Shown in pieces: positions 37,391 through 48,125 of a stretch of DNA of 62,479 nt; the first letter of the stretch is position 1, and every line of letters starts with the position of its first letter. The notes beneath the pieces are model-generated. The model did not search any database. It was given only the letters and a program-made list of their open reading frames with translations, and was not told the origin of the DNA. The stretch comes from a virus (taxonomy: Duplodnaviria; Caudoviricetes). Location of the stretch: positions 1 to 62,479 of IMG/VR virus record IMGVR_UViG_3300045257_000499; one strand, 5' to 3'. The position numbers were made by a program, and so were the translations under genes.

Positions 37391-37801
37391 ATGGCTCATA
37401 TTCAATCCCCGTTCGGCTGGAGTAAGCGATATCTCGCCGCTCAGCAGCGCGCGGAAGGCGACCCGGTCAAGCAGGCGAGCGATCAAGCGCGACTTGCGCT
37501 CCTGCGCAAGAAGGACGCCGACCTCGACCTCGCCGCCAAGAAGATCGACCGCGCCGAGCACCGGCGCAGGCACGAGGAGGCGGATGCGGCGATCGCGGAC
37601 GCCGCAGCCAAACACGAGGAGCTTGCCGGCGAGGACGCGGACGAAGCCGCGGAGCCGGCGCGTAGCGAGCCCGAGAAGCGCGAGCCCGAGCGCAAGGGTG
37701 AAGGTAGGCCCAAGCCGCAGGCGCGCGCCAGCGGGGCGCCCAACGCCAATGCGAAGCCGGCGGACAAGCAGGGCAAAGACGAGCTCTTGATGGTCGACTG
37801 A
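37391..37801 (+). CDS. Charged hypothetical protein
   Basis: In-operon ORF. Confidence 0.6.
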   Translation: MAHIQSPFGWSKRYLAAQQRAEGDPVKQASDQARLALLRKKDADLDLAAKKIDRAEHRRRHEEADAAIADAAAKHEELAGEDADEAAEPARSEPEKREPERKGEGRPKPQARASGAPNANAKPADKQGKDELLMVD

Positions 37802-37816
37802 TAGCGGGAGAGTGCC

Positions 37817-38263
37817 ATGGCCGACGCGCCGACGCCGTACGCGACGCGCGCCGACGTCTTGGCGCGCTACGAGAAGGAAGTCGTCGACCGGATTTGCTGG
37901 GATCACGATCAGGAACTCGCGAGCCTGGACAAACTCGATGCGGGCCTGGTGGATGCCTCGACGGAAATCGACAGCTACCTCTCGGCTCGCTACGCGGTGC
38001 CGGTCAACCCGGCGCCAGCGATCCTGCGCTCGATCAACGTCGACCTCGGGCTCTACTACACGGCACTCACGAGCGAGAAGCTGTTCTCCGAGCTCTCGGT
38101 GCGCGTCGAGAACTGGCGCAAGCACCTCAAGATGATCGCGGAGGGCAAGGTCGGTCTCGGCGTTCGCGTCGATCAAGAGCCCGATCCTTCTTCGGGCGGC
38201 CCGACTCTCCCTGAGGGGACCGGCACGCAGACCGGTCTCTTTGTGACCGCCGTGAGGGTGTGA
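37817..38263 (+). CDS. Head-tail adaptor (Mu gp36 / DUF1320-like)
   Basis: YAT..D, DAS.EIDSYL..RY..P, L..IA.GK..LG. Confidence 0.85.
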   Translation: MADAPTPYATRADVLARYEKEVVDRICWDHDQELASLDKLDAGLVDASTEIDSYLSARYAVPVNPAPAILRSINVDLGLYYTALTSEKLFSELSVRVENWRKHLKMIAEGKVGLGVRVDQEPDPSSGGPTLPEGTGTQTGLFVTAVRV

Positions 38264-38718
38264 TGATTGAGGTCGAGGTTCGCGGGCTCGACCGACTCGA
38301 GCGCTTCCTCGCCAACCTCGCCAACTTCTCCTCGCGCCGCTCTGCTCTCCTCAAGGAGCTGGGGGATCTGGTGCGCAAGCACCACCTCAAGCGCGTGCTG
38401 AGCGAGAAGACCTCTCCGTCCGGCGCCGCCTGGGCGGCCGACCTGCCGGCGACTGTCGCCAAGAAGGGCAACGGCAACATCCTGGTCGAGAGCGGCCGGA
38501 TGGCGTGGGCGTGGCAGCTTCATTACGGCGCCAGCATGTTCACGATGAAGAACACGGCGACCTCTCCACGCGGCGGCGCGAAGTATCTCGGGTTTCACCA
38601 GTTCGGCACTCGCAAGATGGTGATGCGCGAGGTGATGGGCTATTCGCAGGCCAACCTCAAGGAGATCGCCGACGTGGTCAACGCGTTCGTCGCGTCGCGC
38701 ATGGGGCTTGCAGCATGA
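38260..38718 (+). CDS. Virion morphogenesis protein (Mu gpG / P2 S-like)
   Basis: SP.G..W, L..SG, Y...HQFG, R..G. Confidence 0.8.
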   Translation: MMIEVEVRGLDRLERFLANLANFSSRRSALLKELGDLVRKHHLKRVLSEKTSPSGAAWAADLPATVAKKGNGNILVESGRMAWAWQLHYGASMFTMKNTATSPRGGAKYLGFHQFGTRKMVMREVMGYSQANLKEIADVVNAFVASRMGLAA

Positions 38719-39287
38719 GTCTCATCCTGACTTACCGCGACAACGTCATCAAAAGCCTGCGCCGCGCGATTCCGCAGTTCAAGCTGGTTGAGGATCACCC
38801 CGGCAAGTTCGCAATCGAAGACATCGACCGCCTGTGCCTGAAGACGCCGGCAGCTTTCGTTTCAGTGCTGCATGTACCGCAGCCCAGGGGCGAACGAGGC
38901 GGCTACATCGGCACCGGGCAGATTCTCGCCGACGTGTGTGTGAGCGTGTTCATCGCGACGCGCAGCCGCGGCGTCGGTAAGGAGAAAAACGCGGACGCGC
39001 AGGGCTGGGCGCTGGCGGAGGCTGTCTATTCGCTCGCGGTGTGGAGCTACTTCGACACGCCGCAGTTCCCTGCGACTAATCCCGAAATCCAGAATCTCTG
39101 GTCGCGCGAGCAAGACAAGCAGGCGACCTGCATTATGGCAGTCGCCTGGGACAGCCAAGTCGCCTTCGGCGCGGATCGCACCGCCCAAATCAACGCCATC
39201 AAGGTCGGTGAGGGCTTCAAGTTCTCGGCCGACGTTGCCGGAACCCTTTTTGGCGAAGACGCCGAGGAAGCGACCGTTGCGCCATGA
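38715..39287 (+). CDS. Tail terminator-like protein (Mu gp37-like)
   Basis: HPGKF...D, PA.FV, NLWS; position. Confidence 0.6.
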   Translation: MSLILTYRDNVIKSLRRAIPQFKLVEDHPGKFAIEDIDRLCLKTPAAFVSVLHVPQPRGERGGYIGTGQILADVCVSVFIATRSRGVGKEKNADAQGWALAEAVYSLAVWSYFDTPQFPATNPEIQNLWSREQDKQATCIMAVAWDSQVAFGADRTAQINAIKVGEGFKFSADVAGTLFGEDAEEATVAP

Positions 39288-40246
39288 GCACCGATCCGAT
39301 CGCCCAACTGGTGCGCCGCGTCGAGGAACTCGAGCGACGCCTGCGGCGGACGATCGTGCGTGGTGTGGTTACGGACGTCGACCACAAGAAGGGCCTCGTT
39401 CGCGTCGACGACGGTCTCGGCACAGAGGATGGTGACCCGAACATCACCGATTGGCTGCCGTGGGCCGAGCACGCGGGAAAGATCAAGACGCGCACCATGC
39501 CCTCGAAAGGGCAGGGCGTGACGATCCTCGCGCCGTCCGGCGCGTACGAAGACGCCATCGTTATGAAGGGCTGGTTCAACGAAAACAACAAGATGCCCAA
39601 GGCCGACAAGGGCGAGCACGTCTTCATCAACGGGACGCGCTACAAGAAGGTCATCAAGAACGGTCCGGAAGATCAGGGCCAGAGCGGCGACGGCTCGGAC
39701 TCGACGGCCGGACAGCAGGCAAGCCCCGCGCAGGACGAGAAGCGCAATCAGAATGCCAGCGGTGTCGAGGAAATCCGTCTCGGCAAGCTTGGCGACGATG
39801 AGGGCTCCTGGGGCGACGGCGGTCAGAACCAGGTTCGTCCGCAAGGCGACGACAAGCACGTCGTCGAGCACGCCAAGGACGAGAACACGCACACCGATTG
39901 GGCGACGGACGGCGACCAGCACCACTCGAAGATCACTCAGCAAGCTCCGGTCATCAACCACAACGTCGACGACAAGGCGACGCGGGATCACACCGGGCAG
40001 CACATCGTCAACACTGTCCTGGATGACTCCAACAAGTCGGTGCACACGGTTCTCGCGGCCAACATCAACGCGACCGTGAACGACAGCAAACAGGTCGACA
40101 TCAATCCTGAACGAGTCAATACGGTCGGCAAGACCACGCTGAATAACGGCGATCGCCGCGTCGTGTTCGTCGGCTCGATCGACTCGGGCGGCGACCTTAA
40201 CGCGCAAGGCTCGACGGATAACGGCGGCGTCTGGGTCCCGACGTAA
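39284..40246 (+). CDS. Baseplate spike protein (P2 V-like)
   Basis: RGVV..VD, TDWLPW...AG, PS.GQ.V..LAPSG. Confidence 0.85.
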   Translation: MSTDPIAQLVRRVEELERRLRRTIVRGVVTDVDHKKGLVRVDDGLGTEDGDPNITDWLPWAEHAGKIKTRTMPSKGQGVTILAPSGAYEDAIVMKGWFNENNKMPKADKGEHVFINGTRYKKVIKNGPEDQGQSGDGSDSTAGQQASPAQDEKRNQNASGVEEIRLGKLGDDEGSWGDGGQNQVRPQGDDKHVVEHAKDENTHTDWATDGDQHHSKITQQAPVINHNVDDKATRDHTGQHIVNTVLDDSNKSVHTVLAANINATVNDSKQVDINPERVNTVGKTTLNNGDRRVVFVGSIDSGGDLNAQGSTDNGGVWVPT

Positions 40247-40275
40247 GTACGCCCGGCAAACGAAAGAAGAAAGAA

Positions 40276-40485
40276 ATGGCGAAGCTCATCAAAGGACTGC
40301 CCCGCTACAGCCGCAACCGCATGGTGGCGGTGCGCCGCGTGAAGTCGAGGCTTCCGGCCAAGGAATACATCAAGGTCGGCGACGGCTTTCTGATGAATAC
40401 CCACTACGCGGACGGCGCTCCTGTGCGTCTCAACGAGCGGCAGGCGAAGTACCCGCTTCTTCATGGTTTGATCCGAGAGAAGTGA
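40276..40485 (+). CDS. Small basic hypothetical protein
   Basis: In-operon ORF. Confidence 0.55.
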   Translation: MAKLIKGLPRYSRNRMVAVRRVKSRLPAKEYIKVGDGFLMNTHYADGAPVRLNERQAKYPLLHGLIREK

Positions 40486-40488
40486 CCG

Positions 40489-40941
40489 ATGCCCACGACC
40501 GCCTCGGTCGGCGTCATCAAGGCGCCGGAGTCGCGTGTGGGCACCAATCGCGTCACCGGCAAGCTTCTGACCGGCTTTGCTCACGTGGTGCAGTCGCTTT
40601 GGGTGCTGTTCACGACGCGCGTCAACACGCGCGTCATGCGCCTGAGGTACGGCAGCGACATCCCCGGCCTGATTGACCATCCCGGCAACCGCGCTTCGAT
40701 CGCGCTGCTCTACAGCGCGCTCGTGAGCGCGACGATCCAGTGGGAGCCGGGGTTCCGTTTCACCCAGCTGTCGATCGATTCGGCCGGAGCGGACGGCCAC
40801 TTCGTTCTCAGCTTCAACGGCATCTACTACCCGCGCGGACACCTCGGCGACTACTCGGTCGCCGAGAACGCGACGCTGCGCTTCCTCGCGGCGGCAACCG
40901 CCAACGGGCTCATCTTCACCGGCACGCAGGCGGTGCAATAG
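40489..40941 (+). CDS. Baseplate protein W / gp25-like
   Basis: H..QS....TT...TRVMR..YGS, WEP. Confidence 0.88.
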   Translation: MPTTASVGVIKAPESRVGTNRVTGKLLTGFAHVVQSLWVLFTTRVNTRVMRLRYGSDIPGLIDHPGNRASIALLYSALVSATIQWEPGFRFTQLSIDSAGADGHFVLSFNGIYYPRGHLGDYSVAENATLRFLAAATANGLIFTGTQAVQ

Positions 40942-40955
40942 CGGAGGGGCTGGTC

Positions 40956-41906
40956 ATGGACGCGCCGCTGAGCACGCGCTTCTCGACCATCGACCTCTCG
41001 CAGCTCCCGGCGCCGCAGGTCATCGACCCTCTCTCCTTCGAGGGCGTGCTGGCCGATCAGAAGGCGTATGTGCTCGCGGCCTGGGCGCAGTTCCAGGAGC
41101 GGGACCCGACGCTGCCCGACCTCGACACGCTGATGATCGAGGGCGAGCCCATCACCATCGTTCTGGAAGCCTACGCCTATCGCGAGACGTTGCTGCGCGG
41201 CCTTATCAACGACAAGGCCAAGGCGCTCCTGCTTGCATTCGCGGTTGGCAACGACCTCGACCAGATCGGCGCGGACTACGAAGTTGAGCGGCTGACGGTC
41301 ACGCCGGCCGACCCCACGACCAACCCGCCCACGTTGGCGGTGATGGAGGACGACGACCGCTACCGCCGGCGCATCCAGCTCGCGCCGAACGCGTTCTCGA
41401 TGGGCGGACCGCGCGGCGCCTACATCTACTGGGCGCTCACGAGCGACCCATCCATCGCCGATGCCAACGCGATCAGCCCCGGCGTGGCAGGACAGGCGGA
41501 CGGCAAGGTCAACGTCTACGTTGCCGGCTACAACGGGCAGCCTGTTGCCGACGCGGTCATCACGAACCTCTACGAGTTCTTCCAGCGCGACGACGTGCGG
41601 CCGCTGACCGACGTGGTGTCGGTGGTGCGCGCCGGAGTCGTTTCCTTCGCCGTGAGCGGCACGCTGTGGCTGCCGCGCGGTCCGGACCCGACCTTGCTTA
41701 AGGCGCAGGCGCAGGCGGCGGTCCTGAAATACGGCGCTGGTGTCTACAAGATCGGCGGCGCCGCCTATCGCAACGCGATCATCGCGGCCGGCATTGTCGG
41801 CGGCGTGCAGAATTTCGTGCTCGACGGTCCGGCGCAGGATCAAATCTGCGACGCAACGCAGGTCCCGTACCTCAACGGCGTGAGCCTCGCTACTCGGGTC
41901 CAATAG
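40956..41906 (+). CDS. Baseplate J-like protein
   Basis: IDLSQLPAP.VI, AYRE, DLD, E.DD.YR.R, VRPLTD.V. Confidence 0.92.
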   Translation: MDAPLSTRFSTIDLSQLPAPQVIDPLSFEGVLADQKAYVLAAWAQFQERDPTLPDLDTLMIEGEPITIVLEAYAYRETLLRGLINDKAKALLLAFAVGNDLDQIGADYEVERLTVTPADPTTNPPTLAVMEDDDRYRRRIQLAPNAFSMGGPRGAYIYWALTSDPSIADANAISPGVAGQADGKVNVYVAGYNGQPVADAVITNLYEFFQRDDVRPLTDVVSVVRAGVVSFAVSGTLWLPRGPDPTLLKAQAQAAVLKYGAGVYKIGGAAYRNAIIAAGIVGGVQNFVLDGPAQDQICDATQVPYLNGVSLATRVQ

Positions 41907-41916
41907 GGGATGTGCT

Positions 41917-43182
41917 GTGAACGCGGTCGTCCCCTACGCGGACAGCTTGCTGCCGCGCAACTCGACGCCGCTGGAGCAAACGCTCGCGGGCGCCGGCAAG
42001 CGCTTTCAGCAAATTGCAGCGCCGATCGACCTCATCAAACGGCCGCGGCAAACGCCGTCCTCGTTTGTGCCGTTCCTCGCGTGGGAGCGCGCGGTCGACA
42101 TTTGGAATGAGGACTGGGACGAGGATACCAAGCGCAGCGTTATCGCGCGCTCGCTCCCGCTGCATTTCAAGAAGGGCACGGCATACGCGATCGGCGAATA
42201 CGTGCGCTACGTCGGCGGCAGGGTCGTCGGCTGGACGCGCCCGCCCTCCAAAGTGTTCTCCGGCCCCTCGCTCACGGCGGCCGAGCGCGAAGCCTGGCTC
42301 GAGACGCTGCCGCAGGTGCGCGTCTACTTCTTCTACAACGCGGGCAACGCGGGCGTCGCCAAGGCGTTTATGGGCTCGCCGTGGTCGACCCTGAACAAGA
42401 GCCGCAGCTTCTTTTTCAAGGGCAAGTTCTGCGTCCCTTCGGAAGCCAAGAAGCATCTCGTTCGCAAGGCGACGTGGAACGTCAACGGCGTCGACACCGA
42501 CACGCCGGTCCAGGACTTCGGCAGCCAATACCAGCTGCACTTGCTTGGGATGGCCGGCGAAAAGGTCTTCAGCGACACGCCGTCGAACGCGAAGAAGTTC
42601 TTCATCCCATCCGACGCGTGGCGACGGATTGTGACGATTGCTCCCAAGAGCGTCACACCGTGGCGCATTCCGGTCGGACCGACGCTTCAAGCGATCCAGG
42701 CGCAGCCGGATCTTGTCGCGATGCCGGGGCAGCGTGGGTACGGCGTCTACACGGGCTCGAACCTGAAGCACGGCACCGGCTCGTTGATGAGCCATAAGAA
42801 CTTCTTCATCCCGTCGACCTCCAAGTTCCGACTGTTCGAACGGTACGCGGTGTTCGACGGCTCGGTTCCACTCAAGCGACCGAACGTGCAGTTCATGGGC
42901 GTCGGGCGCTACGGCTTCCCCGGCCACACCTCGATCATGCACGTGTCCGTGCCCGGCAAGCGCAGCCGGTGGGCGGCAGCGAGCGACGGAGTGTTCATTC
43001 CGAAGACGCGCTTCTGGGTGCCGCACGATCCGCGGCCGATGGAGCTTGTGCGCTGGTCGACGCAAGCCGCGATGCGGCTCTCCGACAAGATTCTCATCCA
43101 ATCCGGGCCGCTCGCTCAATTCGTGGCGGGCAAGCCTTTCCTCGCGGGCACCGGCTTCATCGTCGGCAAGCCTTCCGCGTAG
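41917..43182 (+). CDS. Tail protein I-like with long extension
   Basis: SLLP.N.T.LE, P.LAWE..VD.W, KGT. Confidence 0.85.
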   Translation: MNAVVPYADSLLPRNSTPLEQTLAGAGKRFQQIAAPIDLIKRPRQTPSSFVPFLAWERAVDIWNEDWDEDTKRSVIARSLPLHFKKGTAYAIGEYVRYVGGRVVGWTRPPSKVFSGPSLTAAEREAWLETLPQVRVYFFYNAGNAGVAKAFMGSPWSTLNKSRSFFFKGKFCVPSEAKKHLVRKATWNVNGVDTDTPVQDFGSQYQLHLLGMAGEKVFSDTPSNAKKFFIPSDAWRRIVTIAPKSVTPWRIPVGPTLQAIQAQPDLVAMPGQRGYGVYTGSNLKHGTGSLMSHKNFFIPSTSKFRLFERYAVFDGSVPLKRPNVQFMGVGRYGFPGHTSIMHVSVPGKRSRWAAASDGVFIPKTRFWVPHDPRPMELVRWSTQAAMRLSDKILIQSGPLAQFVAGKPFLAGTGFIVGKPSA

Positions 43183-43190
43183 AGGTCCAA

Positions 43191-45803
43191 ATGGAAAAGA
43201 CGGTCATCTTCCGCGACTATCAGGAACAGCAAAGCGCCGACCACAACAACATCCAGGTTTACGCGCGCGCGTCGTTCGACGATCTGGTCAACGACGCGGT
43301 CACGGCCACGCTGCGTTACTCGGGCTTCGCGGTTACGAGGTCGAACCAGGCCGAAATCACGATCGGCCCGGGTCGCTTCTACGGCAAGAACGTGAACGGT
43401 CAGGTAGGCGCGGTCTACTCGCTGCCCGTGCAGACCGTGGAATCGATGGTCCAGTACCTTGCGGCCGCGTCGCAGCGCATCGTCACCGTCGTCGCCTATG
43501 GCAACGAGGATCAGGTCGACGTCCAGACTCGCGATTTCCTCACCAACGTCACGACCGGCCAGACCGAGCCGCAGGCGATCGCGATGACCGACTCGCGCGA
43601 TGCCGTTCTGGCCATCGTTCAGGGTGCTGAGGGTGCGGACCCGCAGCCGCCGGCGATCGCGACGACGCAGGTGGCGATTGCCAACGTACTGCTCGACAAG
43701 AACGGCGTGGTGAGCATCACGCAGCTTACGGCAGGCTTGGTTTCCTCCACCGAGGGCCTCAATAACCGCCTTATTAGCGTCGAGGAGTTCGACGCGCAAA
43801 TTGCGCCGCGCGTGGCGGCGCTTGCCGCCGACCTGGCGGCGCTCGCCAACAAACTCAACAAGACCGGCCAGCAGGGCGACATCATCGCCATCTATCAGGA
43901 CTTGGCGAAAGTCAAAGAGAAGGTGGGCCTGCCGGAGTCGTACTCGCAGTACGGCGCGGACTACTTCATGTGGCCCGACCCGTCGCAGAGCGACCTGAAC
44001 AACTCGCAAGCGCTCGGCTTCAACGCGCTGGTCGAGGAAGGCTGCCGTTTCCCGTCGCAGAACGCCAGCACGTTCGCGCTGAGCCTGTTCAACACGCTCG
44101 ACCCGAACGCGGCCTACAGCAACGGCCTGCTGCTGCCGGCCTACGATTCGGTGCTCAAGCTGGAGACCGGCGCATACAACTCGTCGCTCACCATCGGGCA
44201 GTACGGCTTCCAGACTTACAATCTGGTGCAGAAGGAGATCGCCTACTCGCGCATTCGCGACGGCGGCTCCTACACCGTGTGCTCGAACGGCGTGACTTCA
44301 TTCACGCCCGGCGATACGACGGTCGCGTGGTGGCTCCCGAACTTCTCGACCTACGAGACCTCGGAAACGACGGTCGTCGAGAACCTTCCGGGCCACTACG
44401 TCACCAAGACCCAGTATTTCTGGCACGACTCGTGGAACGAGCCCTACTGGGAGCTCGACACGATCAACCATACCATCAACGGGGCGCAGGTCGCGCAGAC
44501 CTTTCTCGCCTCGAGCGATATGTGGGTGACCAAGCTCGGCATCTATCTCACGAGCGTTGCTTCGGCGACCGACGTGTGGCTGTCGCTGACCAAGGTGGTC
44601 AACGGCGTCCCCGACCTCAAGCAGGTCGTCGCGCACGTGAATATCCCGGGCGCGTCCCTCGTCCAAGGCTGGAACGAAATCGCGGTTGTGCCCGCTTTCC
44701 TGTCGAAGGGCGACCGCATGGGCGTGGTCGTCACTTCGGCGGCGAACCATGGGCTCGGCATGGCGGCCGGGGGCTCGTATCTCGACGGCACGTTCATGTA
44801 CAGCACCGATGGTGCGTACTTCTTGGGCGATTTGACGAAAGAGATGATGCTGCGCGTCTACTCGGCGCAGTTCCGTAGCTCGCAGGTCACCATCGAGTTC
44901 GGCGCCATCAACCTCCAGGGCGGAATCCGCGACATCGACCTGACGGCGCGGATGATCCTGCCGCCTTCGTGCCAGCTCGTGTTTGAAGTTTTGCCGGATG
45001 GGACGGGCACGTGGCTGCCGATCACTGAGGACAGCCCGCTCGTGCCTTTTGCGAACGCGCCGGTGTTGTGCCGCTTCCGCGGCCGCTTCATCGGCACGCC
45101 CGCCATTGCGCCCGGCATCGTTCTGCCAGACTCGATCTGCAAGATTTGGTGCCCGGGCCCGACATTCCGGCATATCTCGGAAGTCGAGACGCTGAGTGCC
45201 TCGACGATGAATCTGTCGGTGCAGGCGGTCGTCGAGAACTTCAATCCGGTCGCTCACACGCTCGCCATCTCCATCGATGGCCCGGTGGCAGCGAAGGGCT
45301 CGATTACGTTCACGTTGAACCCCGCGAACGGCACGACCATCACGCTCGGCGGCACCGCCGTCACGTTCGTCAACAGCGGAGCGACCGGCAACCAGGTCAA
45401 CATCGGCGCGAGCCTCGCGGCGACGCTGACCGCGCTTCAGACGCTCTTGGCTTCCTCGGCCGACGTGAACATCGTCAAGTGCGGTTACACGACCACATCG
45501 ACGGTCCTCAACGTCACGTACAAGGGCCGCGGCACGGCAGGCAACTCGTTCACGCTGGCGACGACCGTCACGGGGGCCACGGTCTCCGGGGCGACGCTGT
45601 CGGGCGGTGCGGCGGTGGGCAACATCGCCGCCACGTCGACCACCACGACCTTGGTCGATGCCTCGAAGGGTCAGTACAAGATCACGGCGAACTTCGTTCC
45701 GACCGTCAATCCGATCTCGACCTTCTCGATCCAGATCGACGGCACGACCAACTCCGTCGCCAACACGTTCCACGTCGCCCAGCGGTTGTTCTGGGCGCTG
45801 TGA
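43191..45803 (+). CDS. Large baseplate/tail structural protein
   Basis: 870 aa after gpI; GAGG RBS. Confidence 0.7.
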   Translation: MEKTVIFRDYQEQQSADHNNIQVYARASFDDLVNDAVTATLRYSGFAVTRSNQAEITIGPGRFYGKNVNGQVGAVYSLPVQTVESMVQYLAAASQRIVTVVAYGNEDQVDVQTRDFLTNVTTGQTEPQAIAMTDSRDAVLAIVQGAEGADPQPPAIATTQVAIANVLLDKNGVVSITQLTAGLVSSTEGLNNRLISVEEFDAQIAPRVAALAADLAALANKLNKTGQQGDIIAIYQDLAKVKEKVGLPESYSQYGADYFMWPDPSQSDLNNSQALGFNALVEEGCRFPSQNASTFALSLFNTLDPNAAYSNGLLLPAYDSVLKLETGAYNSSLTIGQYGFQTYNLVQKEIAYSRIRDGGSYTVCSNGVTSFTPGDTTVAWWLPNFSTYETSETTVVENLPGHYVTKTQYFWHDSWNEPYWELDTINHTINGAQVAQTFLASSDMWVTKLGIYLTSVASATDVWLSLTKVVNGVPDLKQVVAHVNIPGASLVQGWNEIAVVPAFLSKGDRMGVVVTSAANHGLGMAAGGSYLDGTFMYSTDGAYFLGDLTKEMMLRVYSAQFRSSQVTIEFGAINLQGGIRDIDLTARMILPPSCQLVFEVLPDGTGTWLPITEDSPLVPFANAPVLCRFRGRFIGTPAIAPGIVLPDSICKIWCPGPTFRHISEVETLSASTMNLSVQAVVENFNPVAHTLAISIDGPVAAKGSITFTLNPANGTTITLGGTAVTFVNSGATGNQVNIGASLAATLTALQTLLASSADVNIVKCGYTTTSTVLNVTYKGRGTAGNSFTLATTVTGATVSGATLSGGAAVGNIAATSTTTTLVDASKGQYKITANFVPTVNPISTFSIQIDGTTNSVANTFHVAQRLFWAL

Positions 45804-45886
45804 TTGCCTGACCAGAAATAAGCAGAGCGCCGGCGCAAGCCGGCGTTCTGCGTCTCTCCCACATTCCCTTTCGAGGAGACTGGCCA

Positions 45887-46153
45887 ATGGCCACTGTCAA
45901 TACGCCCGCCGTGCTGCGCGGCGGCAAGGCGGCCGAGCGCGCCGCGCGTGATGCGCTCGCTTCGCTCTCCGCGAACCTTCCGCCCGCACCCGATAGCTTC
46001 GAGCATGGCGCTCAGTATCGCGTGCGGCTCACGCGCTCGGTCCCGGCCGGCGCCGGCGGGCACTGGCTGCGCCCCAGCGATGACGTGGTGGTGTCCGGCG
46101 AGTTTGCGGAAACCATTCGTGACGCGATCACAGGTGCGCAGAAGATCGGGTAA
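45887..46153 (+). CDS. Hypothetical tail-module protein
   Basis: GAGGAG RBS. Confidence 0.6.
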   Translation: MATVNTPAVLRGGKAAERAARDALASLSANLPPAPDSFEHGAQYRVRLTRSVPAGAGGHWLRPSDDVVVSGEFAETIRDAITGAQKIG

Positions 46154-46158
46154 CCGCC

Positions 46159-46533
46159 ATGGCTCGCCGCTTTGAGGTTGCCTACCAAATCAAGGTCGGC
46201 GACAACCTGGGCGATCCCCAGTTCTGGAATCCGCGACTCCAGGACATTGACCTGCGCCTCGCCGCCGTCGAGGTGAGCTTCGGGAAGATCGACGCCGCTG
46301 CCGCCGACGTTACGGCCGCCGGCATCAATCGCATCAACAATTCGCTCCAGCCGCTCATCGACACCCTTACCGCTCAGGTCAACTCGCTGAGTTCGACCGT
46401 GGCGACGCTTACTCAGTCGATCGAGGGCGAAACCGGCAGCGTGACGTCGCAGCTCGACGCTTTGCTCGCGACCGCCGAAGCGCTGGTTTCCTCTCTGGAA
46501 GGACTGGGCACCGTCGACGGCGGAACGTTCTGA
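46159..46533 (+). CDS. Coiled-coil tail-associated protein
   Basis: Ends VDGGTF. Confidence 0.65.
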   Translation: MARRFEVAYQIKVGDNLGDPQFWNPRLQDIDLRLAAVEVSFGKIDAAAADVTAAGINRINNSLQPLIDTLTAQVNSLSSTVATLTQSIEGETGSVTSQLDALLATAEALVSSLEGLGTVDGGTF

Positions 46534-46546
46534 CAAGTGGGGCACC

Positions 46547-47419
46547 ATGGCCGTCAACAAAATTCTGCGGTCGACGGTGTCTGGGCACGTGCCGCCGTCA
46601 CTCCAGTCCGGTCAGGTTGCGATCAACGAAGCGGACGGGATCTTCTTCTGGCTCGACGCGGACGGTACGACTATCCATTCGTTCAACTTCAAGAGCCCGA
46701 CCGCGCCGACGCCGACCGCCGGCGACAACAGCACGAAGGTTGCCACCACCGCATTCGTCGCAGCAGCTATCGCAGCGATCGTCAACAGCGCGCCGGGCGC
46801 GCTCGATACGCTCAACGAGTTGGCGGCCGCCCTCGGCGATGACGCCAACTTCGCCACCACAGTTAATAACGCGCTGGCGCTGCGGCTGCGCTTCGACGCG
46901 GTCCAGTCGCTCACGGCGGGCCAGAAGGCGCAGGCGCTCGCGAACCTCGGCATCACCGGCGTTGTGCTGCTGAGCCAACTCGCCAGTGTCGCCACGAGCG
47001 GCGCCTATTCCGACCTAAGCGGCAGACCAGCCAACGCGACCGCCGCGCAAATTATGGCCGACACAGGCGCAGGCGGCGTCGTCACCACCGACCAGCTCTG
47101 GGCTGCGGCAGCTTGGCAGGACCGGGGCTCGCTTGGACCAGGCGCCAACCTCTCGCTCGACACTCGGTTGGGTCTGAACCAGAAGTACCTTGTCACCGGC
47201 AACATTACGGTTGGCGCGGTCACTTATCTGATCGATGGTCAGTCCGGCGCGTTCAGCTTCAAACAGGATGGGACGGGCGGACACAACATCACGTTCTCCG
47301 GCTGGAGCCCGATCGGGCAGACCGCTCCTCCCGTCAACACGGCGCCGAACGGTCTTACCTACATCTCGTGGCACTATGAGGCCGGCGTCGCGCTTTACTA
47401 CAGCGGGGGCAAGGTCTGA
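46547..47419 (+). CDS. Tail fibre protein
   Basis: PTAPTP..GDNST..ATTAFV, APGALDTLNELAAALG.D.NFA. Confidence 0.85.
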   Translation: MAVNKILRSTVSGHVPPSLQSGQVAINEADGIFFWLDADGTTIHSFNFKSPTAPTPTAGDNSTKVATTAFVAAAIAAIVNSAPGALDTLNELAAALGDDANFATTVNNALALRLRFDAVQSLTAGQKAQALANLGITGVVLLSQLASVATSGAYSDLSGRPANATAAQIMADTGAGGVVTTDQLWAAAAWQDRGSLGPGANLSLDTRLGLNQKYLVTGNITVGAVTYLIDGQSGAFSFKQDGTGGHNITFSGWSPIGQTAPPVNTAPNGLTYISWHYEAGVALYYSGGKV

Positions 47420-48045
47420 TGGGCCTGCCTGTGTTGAGTCGAGCGATGTTGCCGCGCGTGCGCATCGTGACACCAGGGGGCGCAAGCTACGGACCCGGCA
47501 CTGTTTCCTGGACTTGCCCGGAGTACAACACTCTTACCATCGATTTGTTTGGTACAGGTGCAGGAGGCGGCGGCGCCGGCTCGTATTCGAGCGTTGGGCA
47601 AAGCGGCAGCGATGGCTTGCCCACGACATTTGCGGCCGGTGGCGTCATGCTGACCGCCAACGGCGGTCACGGCGGTCCCGGCGGGCCTCAAGTTACCGAG
47701 AACTACGACCTCGACAATACGTTCCTCGGTTACGGGGGCGGCAACGCTTCGGACGGCGCGGACGGCACGGCTTCGGGCGGCGACACTAATACGACTGGTG
47801 GAGGCGAATCGGGCGGTTCCGGCGGCGGCAATCCCACCGGGAATGGCGCCGGCGGAAAAGGCGGCAATGGCGGCCGCTGCACGAAGACCTTCACGTACGG
47901 CGCGCCTGGCGCGCCTATCCCCGGCAACGCCTACACAATCGTCGTCGCGGCAGGCGGCTCGCGCGGCGTAGCAGCCGGAGGGAGCGACTCTGGCTCGTCC
48001 GGAAACCCCGGCACCAATGCCGTAGCAAACCTCTCCTGGAGCTGA
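47419..48045 (+). CDS. Gly-rich tail fibre/tip protein
   Basis: Coupled to fibre; GGxGGxG repeats. Confidence 0.7.
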   Translation: MGLPVLSRAMLPRVRIVTPGGASYGPGTVSWTCPEYNTLTIDLFGTGAGGGGAGSYSSVGQSGSDGLPTTFAAGGVMLTANGGHGGPGGPQVTENYDLDNTFLGYGGGNASDGADGTASGGDTNTTGGGESGGSGGGNPTGNGAGGKGGNGGRCTKTFTYGAPGAPIPGNAYTIVVAAGGSRGVAAGGSDSGSSGNPGTNAVANLSWS

Positions 48046-48080
48046 TTGCTCCTTTAGACAAACAAGAACCGCAACCCGAT

Positions 48081-48104
48081 GAAAGCCGCCGTAAGGCGGC
48101 TTTC
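48081..48104 (+). terminator. Hairpin upstream of sheath gene
   Basis: GAAAGCCGCC-GTAA-GGCGGCTTTC. Confidence 0.5.
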
Positions 48105-48125
48105 GGCATTTGGAGGGACCAACAA

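Noticed and set aside
46547-48045. Diversity-generating retroelement or invertible fibre cassette
   Set aside because: No reverse transcriptase, template/variable repeat pair or invertase seen
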